The position numbers and the translations under genes were made by a program. This document shows, piece after piece, positions 1-6,831 of a stretch of 64,000 nt of DNA. Position 1 is the stretch's first letter. Every line of letters begins with the position of its first letter. This stretch comes from a virus (taxonomy: Duplodnaviria; Caudoviricetes): IMG/VR virus record IMGVR_UViG_3300020371_000002. One strand, written 5' to 3'. The notes under the pieces are model-generated. The model did not search any database, was not told the DNA's origin, and saw only the letters and a program-made list of their open reading frames with translations.

Positions 1-321
1 AATACCAAGACTATCCAAATTAGGGAATGCAAAGGGATGCCAAATATCTTCACCTTCGCCTTTCCAATTTTCAAAAAGAATACCACCTTTAAAAGTAGAT
101 GTTACCTCACGAAACCATTCTCGGAGTGGAAATCCACAATCATCCATGAATGCTTTAAAACTAAGGATGGTTGCTTCACCAACTCCAACAGGATTACCAC
201 CATCAGTTTTATCGATAAGACTAATAGTAGTATCCTTGGTAATATTATTTAAAAGTAAAGCGGCAGTCATCCATGCGGAAGTGCCACCTCCCACAATGGT
301 AATTCTTTTTGCATCTCTCAT
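1..321 (-). CDS. Flavin-dependent halogenase (tryptophan halogenase, PrnA-like), N-terminal 107 aa; runs off the window edge
   Basis: Hand translation from the ATG at 321: MRDAKRITIVGGGTSAWMTAA...VGVGEAT...TFKGGILFENW...WHPF. This shows the Rossmann GGGxxG FAD motif, the GEAT motif and the catalytic-Lys K-x-G-I-x-F-x-x-W motif of PrnA-type halogenases. The ATG overlaps the upstream stop (ATGA). It is absent from the ORF track because there is no stop in the window. Confidence 0.85.
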   Translation of the reverse strand, partial: MRDAKRITIVGGGTSAWMTAALLLNNITKDTTISLIDKTDGGNPVGVGEATILSFKAFMDDCGFPLREWFREVTSTFKGGILFENWKGEGEDIWHPFAFPNLDSLGI

Positions 322-2168
322 TGATTAGGGACCTCAATCATTAACTTATACTCGGGAAGATATAGATATTCAATATCACTTTCTACAAGAGTTCGAACAG
401 CATCGTGCAAATCTTCTACTAATGGTTCTCCTCCAAGATTGAAAGAGGTATTAAAGATGATTGGGCATCCAGTTTTGTTATAGAACTCAGTAATTAGTTC
501 GTGGTAATGTTTGTTTTGATCTTCAGTAACGGTCTGAATTCTACATGTATCATCAACGTGAATGATGGCAGGAATCTTTTCTTTAATTCCTTCCTGACAC
601 TTGACTGCATACATCATGAAAGGAGTTTCATCCATTCCACGAAGATCGAACCATTCATGAACATGTTCTTTTAGAATAGAACCAGCAAAAGGTCTGAAGT
701 ATTCACGACGTTTTACCGTATTTACAAAGTCCTTTCCATCGGGATCACGAGGGTCATAGACAAGAGAACGATTACCTAATGCACGAGGACCCGCTTCGGA
801 CTTACCCTGCCAGACTGCGACAATATTTTTATCAGTAATTAACTCAACAACATCTGCATCATTAGCTTCAAATACTCTATTCGCACCTGCCTGATCCGCA
901 ATATCGACAATTTCACTACGAGTGTGATTATATTCAAATCCAGTATAAAGGTCGTGAAGAGGACCTTTGATTCTAGTATCGGTTGGATTTAATCTATGAT
1001 GCATCAACATTGCAGCACCAAGTGCAGTACCTGCATCATTACTTACAGGTTCAACAAACAGATTGATACCTTCACCTTCCAATTGTTCAAGATACCAATA
1101 GTTTGCAACACAATTCAATGCATATCCACCCGACAGAACTACGTTCTTCTTACCACTAATCTTTACAGCATATCGAATCAAATCAAGAACCATTGCTTGA
1201 GATTGCGTCTGAATTGCATACGCAAAATCTCTACGATTATCAAGTTCTGTTAGATCATATTGTTTGTTCTGTGCTTTCTCATAGAGTTCGTAATCCGTTC
1301 TAAGGAATGGAAATCTACCCTCATTGACGAACGCGCCGTTGGGGTAATTTGGAGAAATCACATCTCTATTAGTGGTCTTCCAATCAGAAGTACCATTAAC
1401 GTCACCATAGATTGCAGGAATCTTATCATTGGGTTTTCCATATGGGAAAAGACCCATGGTCTTACCAGCCTCAATGGGTTGGAAACCACAGTAAGAAGTT
1501 GCAGCCTCATATGCCTTAACAATACCTGCACTATCATCAAGAACTAACTCGTAAGTAGAACCAGGTTCCCCTTCTTCAGTAGCATCAAACTCAGGGAACC
1601 TATGAGAAATGTATGGTCCTCTACCACCCAAATGTTTATAGAGTGTCTTGAATTCGTGAGGATAACCACAATCAAAGATTGATTCTAATTCCCACACAGT
1701 TTCATTACGACCATTCATATTCATAGGAATGAATGTTCCTGCACCATCAACAATAAGTGCAACAGCATCTTCAAAACCAGAACGGTAGAAGGCACATGCC
1801 GCATGAAGTTTATGGTGGTTTCTACTCAGGTCAATAACCTGGGGATGACCTGGGTGCAGTTCTGCCTTTCTATCGATGAGACCTAATTTTCGGGCAAGAC
1901 CTGTATAAACATCATCCCCAGTGAAATCAATATGTCCAGCAGCACCTGTATGCCCTGGTGTTTCTCTGAGAGGTTGAGTATGTGCAATGACTAGGTAATC
2001 TAATCGATCCGTATACTCTTTAATTTTCATCATGGCAGCAAATGGGCCGCCATCGTATTTCTGTCTAGATAGTCTCTCTTCCTCTACAGAAAAGATAACT
2101 TCCCCATCTTTGAGGAGACAAATACCGCCATTGTGGCCTCTAGTGAGACCTGCAATCCATTGTGCCAT
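318..2168 (-). CDS. O-carbamoyltransferase, NodU/CmcH/TobZ family
   Basis: N-terminal Kae1-like domain (EEERLSRQK, HHKLHA, IVDGAG, GKTMGL, GGYALNCVAN, DAGTALGAA) and C-terminal YrdC-like domain (GPRALGNRS, KRREYFRPFA, NTSFN). Confidence 0.92.
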   Translation of the reverse strand: MAQWIAGLTRGHNGGICLLKDGEVIFSVEEERLSRQKYDGGPFAAMMKIKEYTDRLDYLVIAHTQPLRETPGHTGAAGHIDFTGDDVYTGLARKLGLIDRKAELHPGHPQVIDLSRNHHKLHAACAFYRSGFEDAVALIVDGAGTFIPMNMNGRNETVWELESIFDCGYPHEFKTLYKHLGGRGPYISHRFPEFDATEEGEPGSTYELVLDDSAGIVKAYEAATSYCGFQPIEAGKTMGLFPYGKPNDKIPAIYGDVNGTSDWKTTNRDVISPNYPNGAFVNEGRFPFLRTDYELYEKAQNKQYDLTELDNRRDFAYAIQTQSQAMVLDLIRYAVKISGKKNVVLSGGYALNCVANYWYLEQLEGEGINLFVEPVSNDAGTALGAAMLMHHRLNPTDTRIKGPLHDLYTGFEYNHTRSEIVDIADQAGANRVFEANDADVVELITDKNIVAVWQGKSEAGPRALGNRSLVYDPRDPDGKDFVNTVKRREYFRPFAGSILKEHVHEWFDLRGMDETPFMMYAVKCQEGIKEKIPAIIHVDDTCRIQTVTEDQNKHYHELITEFYNKTGCPIIFNTSFNLGGEPLVEDLHDAVRTLVESDIEYLYLPEYKLMIEVPNQ

Positions 2169-2181
2169 AACAAACTCCTAA

Positions 2182-3312
2182 TTACTTCGAAGACTTGAGA
2201 AGGTTCTCAACTTCGGATTTAAACCCCTTATTTGGTTTTACTGCTGTAGATGGAATTTTCAACTTGGTGGGTTCCATGGTTGAAAACTGTAAATTATTCT
2301 GAACAGGTGTAGGTGCAGCACACTGTTGACCTTCATTCTGTGTCAGTTGTTCTAAACTTGGACCAGTATACTTAACTGATTTGCCAAGTCTCTTTCTCGC
2401 AGAAGTAATAACTTCTCTTACTTGTGCATCAGACATTTCACATGCCTGATCATTATATCTAGTACGTTCTTCATCCATCGTAATTCTGATTGGATCGTAC
2501 TTTCTTCTACCTTCACCAACATCAACAATATCAAAATCCTTGAAGTCTGGATACGAAATGTTAATTGGGAATGTAGAACCAATAACAACAGTTGCTGTTT
2601 TCTTTAATGCTTTTGCGATGTGTTGTCCTACACTATCACAACCAATAAAATGATCAGCACCATCAATAACTCCAGCCCAAATTCGAATGTCTTCGATTTG
2701 TGGACGAGCGACTTTGTGTTTTGCCTTTTCTTCATTTTCTTCAACTGGGAAGTGAATTTCACTCATGATAGCAACAGCATAATCTTTTTTAAGATCATTG
2801 ATGATATCAACTGTATTGACCATGTTCATACTTCGTGAACCAGGATCAACAACAAAATCCCCCACACTGGTAACTCCTCTACCAAAAGGTTGAATAATAA
2901 CAACCTTTTCTTTACCAGTTCCTGCTTTAATTTCTGTAAGAATATTTTGTGCCGTTACAACTTCCATCTTCGAAAGATGGATACTTGGATCTTGCAGTTC
3001 TCTGGGTTCATCAAGCTCATTGATAATGATATCAAAAGCCTGTGCAAGATTACATTTTTGATTATAGTAGTGCCAACATCTGTAGGGTTCTGGACTTACG
3101 AGATCCCTATGAATCAAATGTTCTTCGAATAAATTTTTGTGCCAGGAATCATAACACTTGTTATGAAGAACTGGGTGTCCTTTATAAAAATCTGTGCCCG
3201 CCTCACAAACGATAACAAAATCGTCGTGGGTTTCGGCGTATTTTTCCAATGCTGGGATAGAAGACAGGACTCTTCCTGCTCCACCATTAATAAAGAATGC
3301 TTTAGGTCTCAT
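2182..3312 (-). CDS. GT-B glycosyltransferase, family 9 (heptosyltransferase)-like
   Basis: N-terminal GGAGR resembles the GT9 G-x-G-D motif; VVIIQPFG; C-terminal ADHFIGCDSVGQHIAKAL...VVIGST resembles GT9 ADxxIGNDSGPMHLAAA. Confidence 0.7.
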   Translation of the reverse strand: MRPKAFFINGGAGRVLSSIPALEKYAETHDDFVIVCEAGTDFYKGHPVLHNKCYDSWHKNLFEEHLIHRDLVSPEPYRCWHYYNQKCNLAQAFDIIINELDEPRELQDPSIHLSKMEVVTAQNILTEIKAGTGKEKVVIIQPFGRGVTSVGDFVVDPGSRSMNMVNTVDIINDLKKDYAVAIMSEIHFPVEENEEKAKHKVARPQIEDIRIWAGVIDGADHFIGCDSVGQHIAKALKKTATVVIGSTFPINISYPDFKDFDIVDVGEGRRKYDPIRITMDEERTRYNDQACEMSDAQVREVITSARKRLGKSVKYTGPSLEQLTQNEGQQCAAPTPVQNNLQFSTMEPTKLKIPSTAVKPNKGFKSEVENLLKSSK

Positions 3313-3333
3313 GTCAAAGATTCAATTTGAAAG

Positions 3334-3340
3334 TATTTAG
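3334..3340 (-). promoter_or_regulatory. T4-type late promoter variant CTAAATA upstream of the GT9-like gene
   Basis: Plus-strand tatttag, about 20 nt upstream of the start codon. Confidence 0.6.
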
Positions 3341-3364
3341 GGGTCTTTTCAGACCCCCTTTTTT
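3340..3364. terminator. Stem-loop GGGGTCT/AGACCCC; orientation ambiguous
   Basis: 7-bp stem. The loop reads GAAA on the minus strand, but the T-run lies on the plus-strand 3' side. Confidence 0.45.
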
Positions 3365-3372
3365 ATACTATA

Positions 3373-4242
3373 TCAAAGACCAGGATTCTGATCTTCTGTT
3401 GGTTTTGCACGTTCCATTTGTGCCAAACCTTCTGCAACTGCACGAGCTTCCTTCTCTTTCTTACGAGCTTTAGCTGAGGCAGTCATAGTCTCGTATCTAG
3501 AAGATTCCGAGTCAGGATGGACAGGTGCCATCATAGCAGCGACTGCGGGAGGAATGCCCTGCTCTGTAACCAGAGTAGGCCAATCTCTCAACTTCTGTCT
3601 ATAAGATGTCCAAGTTTCTACCATTGCAGTAGGCATATCGGAAGAAATTTGACCGTCACTGTTGGTCAACATGGTGTTTCTGGTTTCTCTAATATCTTCT
3701 ACACCGAACCAGTCATCATTTGCTTCACCAAGAATAACTTCATTAACGCTCATCATTCTTGCGGTTGGAACACCATCAACAACTCTTACTGAGTCCATAT
3801 CCCAGATAAACTTGGGAAGGATGGGAAGACTGTATTGGAATCTCTCATATCCTTCCAGTGCAGGAGATTGTGGGTGGTTTGCAACAGATCCTGCTGCATC
3901 TCCAGTCTGAGGATTAAGAGTTTCGTTGTCTGGAAGAACTGGACCAGAGAACTCTTGAGATTCGTTGACGATAGGTCCTCTCAGTTGACAGATCAGAGGA
4001 TACTCTGTGCAGTCAACTTCGAAAAATTCTGTGCAATCTGCAGGAAGAGGACGGCCATCAGCCTTATCATCTTCTGTCAGTGGACCATACTTTTCATATC
4101 CATCGGCACCAATTTGAAGATAGATCTTATCGGGTCCGTGATATGTATACTTACGGGACTTAAGTTGTGCCCTATTGTGATCTACCATGTACTCGTCGGG
4201 GAGTGGTAGATCAAATTCTACTTTAATAATTTGTGTTGCCAT
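3373..4242 (-). CDS. Protein with a C-terminal phage tail fibre assembly chaperone-like domain
   Basis: DIRETRNTMLTNSDGQISSDMP...WTSYRQKLRDWP matches the R-x-x-RN-x-LL-x-x-SD...W-x-x-YRQ-x-LRD-x-P chaperone pattern. Confidence 0.7.
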   Translation of the reverse strand: MATQIIKVEFDLPLPDEYMVDHNRAQLKSRKYTYHGPDKIYLQIGADGYEKYGPLTEDDKADGRPLPADCTEFFEVDCTEYPLICQLRGPIVNESQEFSGPVLPDNETLNPQTGDAAGSVANHPQSPALEGYERFQYSLPILPKFIWDMDSVRVVDGVPTARMMSVNEVILGEANDDWFGVEDIRETRNTMLTNSDGQISSDMPTAMVETWTSYRQKLRDWPTLVTEQGIPPAVAAMMAPVHPDSESSRYETMTASAKARKKEKEARAVAEGLAQMERAKPTEDQNPGL

Positions 4243-4278
4243 AACGGTTTCTTTGTGCGAGTAAACATCTCTCGATAT

Positions 4279-4286
4279 TATTTATA
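4279..4286 (-). promoter_or_regulatory. T4 late promoter TATAAATA
   Basis: Exact consensus on the minus strand upstream of 3373..4242. Confidence 0.75.
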
Positions 4287-4297
4287 AATTTTTCCAT

Positions 4298-4324
4298 AAA
4301 AAAAGGGGTGGTTTTACCCACCCC
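4298..4324 (-). terminator. Rho-independent terminator after the Cys-rich cassette
   Basis: GGGGTGG/CCACCCC stem followed by a U-run in the minus orientation. Confidence 0.8.
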
Positions 4325-4346
4325 AACAAATAAATTTTTGAAATTC

Positions 4347-5129
4347 TTAGACGTAAGTAATCTTAACGATACCAGTACCACCCGTTCCACCAGTTCCATT
4401 GTCCCAGTTACCGCAATATGTGGTCATACCACCTTGTCCGCCATTTGCGAATGGAACAGTCCAACAACCGCATCTGTTCCAGCATTCGTGTAACTGATAT
4501 TGGACTTCACCACCGATAAATGGAGCAGAGAATGGTTGAGAACCTGTACACTGACAATGGCAGTGATATGCGTGAGAACCAAATTCACCAGCGTGTGCTC
4601 CCATCATGAAGTCAGAACCTTGATCATTAGGTCCTTTACAACATGTAAATACTGAGTTACATGCAGTGTTCCAAGAAGTGTTTGCCTCACCTCTGTGACC
4701 ACCAGTTGCACAGAAATTACTCAAGTTGTATCCATTAACGTAAGAAGCACATCCGTAACACCCTACGCACTCATAAGAACAACAGGGATAAACACCTGCG
4801 GCACAAATGGTATACTGACAACCAGGAGCAGTAGTAATAGTTTTATTTGCATAATATCCACCACCAGCACCTCTGTAGTGATGACAACGGTTCCAGGAAC
4901 AATGCCCGTGTCCGTTTCCACCCGATCCCCAAAGTTCAAATGTGACTCGTCTTACACCGTTGGGTACGGTCCAAAGACAGCAGCATCCACCAGAAGCAGA
5001 CGACATACTTCCGTAGACCCACTGAATATTCCAAGTATTCAGAGCATTAGAGTTGATTTTTGCATCGGTGATTACACCATCGGGAAGTGCTGCACCATCA
5101 ACCTTTTTGTAATCTGTATAATTTGCCAT
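4347..5129 (-). CDS. Cys/Gly-rich protein, paralogue 3 (putative virion or fibre-associated)
   Basis: 260 aa, about 23 Cys by hand count; GCCCLWTVP, WGSGGNG, GGGxY, YPCC, CHC, C-terminal GIVKITY. Confidence 0.75.
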   Translation of the reverse strand: MANYTDYKKVDGAALPDGVITDAKINSNALNTWNIQWVYGSMSSASGGCCCLWTVPNGVRRVTFELWGSGGNGHGHCSWNRCHHYRGAGGGYYANKTITTAPGCQYTICAAGVYPCCSYECVGCYGCASYVNGYNLSNFCATGGHRGEANTSWNTACNSVFTCCKGPNDQGSDFMMGAHAGEFGSHAYHCHCQCTGSQPFSAPFIGGEVQYQLHECWNRCGCWTVPFANGGQGGMTTYCGNWDNGTGGTGGTGIVKITYV

Positions 5130-5152
5130 GGGTGTAAGAATCCTACGTTAAG

Positions 5153-5160
5153 TATTTATC
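5153..5160 (-). promoter_or_regulatory. Late promoter variant GATAAATA
   Basis: Plus-strand tatttatc, overlapping the paralogue 2 stop and upstream of paralogue 3. Confidence 0.55.
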
Positions 5161-5956
5161 AAAAATAAGTGATTTTTACGATACCAGGTCCACCTGTGTT
5201 ACCGTATCCACTATCCCAGTTACCGCAATAACTAGATTGAGCGCCTTGTCCGCCACTAGTATAAGGGACGGTCCAGCAAGCGTGTTTCACCCAACAAACG
5301 TTAACTGCTTGAACTACGTTTGCTCCAACAACAGGGGCTTGAGCTGGTTTTGTTTGCTGTTTGGTGCAGTGGCAGAATCCTGCACCGAACCACCATTCAA
5401 CAGAACCGAATCTACCAGAGTGTCCATTAATACCGAAGTCTCCTCCGTTTGCACCTCTCTGCAAGCAACATTCAAATGTAGAGTAACATGTTTCTGCCCA
5501 TGAGGTGTTTGCACAACCTCTGTCACCACCAATAGCACAGAAACCACTCAGGTTATATCCATTAATATATGATGCACAACCTCTACATCCAGTACAACCC
5601 TGAACGCAGCATGGGAATACTCCACCTGCACATACTGTATACTGACAACCAGCAGTGGTAGTAATCATCTTGGAATTATATTGTCCACCACCTGCACCTT
5701 TAAAGTGCTGGCAACGGTTCCAAGCGCAAGATCCGTGTCCGTTTCCTCCAGAACCCCAAATCTCGAAAAAGATTTTATTTACACCAGAAGGAACTGTCCA
5801 AAGACAGCAACAACCTGATGATAAACTATTGGGTGAACCGTAAACCCATTTAATACCGTAATTCTTTCTCGCACCAGGAACGATCATGTTATCGGTGACG
5901 AATCCGTCTCCGATTTGTTCGGTAGTTACTTTCTTATAACTTGAATACTGTGCCAT
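5159..5956 (-). CDS. Cys/Gly-rich protein, paralogue 2
   Basis: 265 aa, about 22 Cys; same motif order as its neighbours. Confidence 0.75.
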   Translation of the reverse strand: MAQYSSYKKVTTEQIGDGFVTDNMIVPGARKNYGIKWVYGSPNSLSSGCCCLWTVPSGVNKIFFEIWGSGGNGHGSCAWNRCQHFKGAGGGQYNSKMITTTAGCQYTVCAGGVFPCCVQGCTGCRGCASYINGYNLSGFCAIGGDRGCANTSWAETCYSTFECCLQRGANGGDFGINGHSGRFGSVEWWFGAGFCHCTKQQTKPAQAPVVGANVVQAVNVCWVKHACWTVPYTSGGQGAQSSYCGNWDSGYGNTGGPGIVKITYF

Positions 5957-5977
5957 TTTCTTTAAGTTCCCCTGATA

Positions 5978-6760
5978 TTAAACGTAAGTGATCTTGACAA
6001 CGCCAGTACCACCGACCTGACCAGTTCCATTGTCCCAGTTACCACAATATGTAGTCATACCGTTACCACCACCCTGTGCATAAGGTACTGTCCAACATGC
6101 ACAACGTTCCCAACACTCAGCAAGGTGACCACCAATAGTTCCACTCGAAAGGAATGGAGCAGTTCCAGAACACCAAGTGTGTCTGTAACAGTGACATCTA
6201 TGAGGTGCAGTTCCAGCAGGTCTCATATTGGACATGCCGAAGTCCGAACCATTTAGAGTTTGAGATACACAACAGTTCCAATCGGAGTTACACATTGTAC
6301 TCCATGCAGTGTTAGCGCATCCTCTGTTACCACCGTGAGCACAGAATCCACTTAAGTTTGGACCATTGACGTAAGAGGCACATCCTCTACATCCAGTACA
6401 CTCATAAGAACAACAGGGATAAACACCTCCCGCACATACTGTGTATTGACTTCCTGCAGTAACAGAAATAGTCTTAGTAGCATAAAAACCACCGCCACCA
6501 CCGAAGTAGTGATGACAACGGTTCCAGGAACAAAATCCACTACCGTTTCCTCCAGCACCCCATACATCAAAGGTTGCTTTCTTCACCCCAGCAGGTACTG
6601 TCCATAAACAACAGCACCCACCAGAGATACCACCAAGACTTCCACTTACCCAAAGTACGTTATACTTTGGACCCGATCCTGGAGCAAACGCTGAATCAGG
6701 AATCGAGTTGGGTATAATTTGGTCTGCGGTTAATTTCTTGTAACTTCCGTAAGAGGCCAT
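5978..6760 (-). CDS. Cys/Gly-rich protein, paralogue 1
   Basis: 260 aa, about 23 Cys; same motif order as its neighbours. Confidence 0.75.
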   Translation of the reverse strand: MASYGSYKKLTADQIIPNSIPDSAFAPGSGPKYNVLWVSGSLGGISGGCCCLWTVPAGVKKATFDVWGAGGNGSGFCSWNRCHHYFGGGGGFYATKTISVTAGSQYTVCAGGVYPCCSYECTGCRGCASYVNGPNLSGFCAHGGNRGCANTAWSTMCNSDWNCCVSQTLNGSDFGMSNMRPAGTAPHRCHCYRHTWCSGTAPFLSSGTIGGHLAECWERCACWTVPYAQGGGNGMTTYCGNWDNGTGQVGGTGVVKITYV

Positions 6761-6794
6761 TTTGTTTCTACATTAGGTGGATTATAAAACAGAC

Positions 6795-6824
6795 AGAAAA
6801 GAAAGAGGGGGAAGAATCCCCCTC
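6795..6824 (-). terminator. Terminator-like hairpin after the fibre gene
   Basis: GAGGGGGA/TCCCCCTC stem followed by TTTCTTTTCT in the minus orientation. Confidence 0.7.
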
Positions 6825-6831
6825 CCCAGAA

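Noticed and set aside
37-328. Plus-strand ORFs 37..252 and 146..328
   Set aside because: They are antisense to the halogenase N-terminus, which has clear family motifs.
3340-3364. Hairpin as evidence of an antisense transcript over the GT9-like gene
   Set aside because: Although the T-run is on the plus side, the GAAA tetraloop is on the minus strand and no plus-strand promoter was seen. It is more likely a leaky or bidirectional terminator or an mRNA stabiliser.
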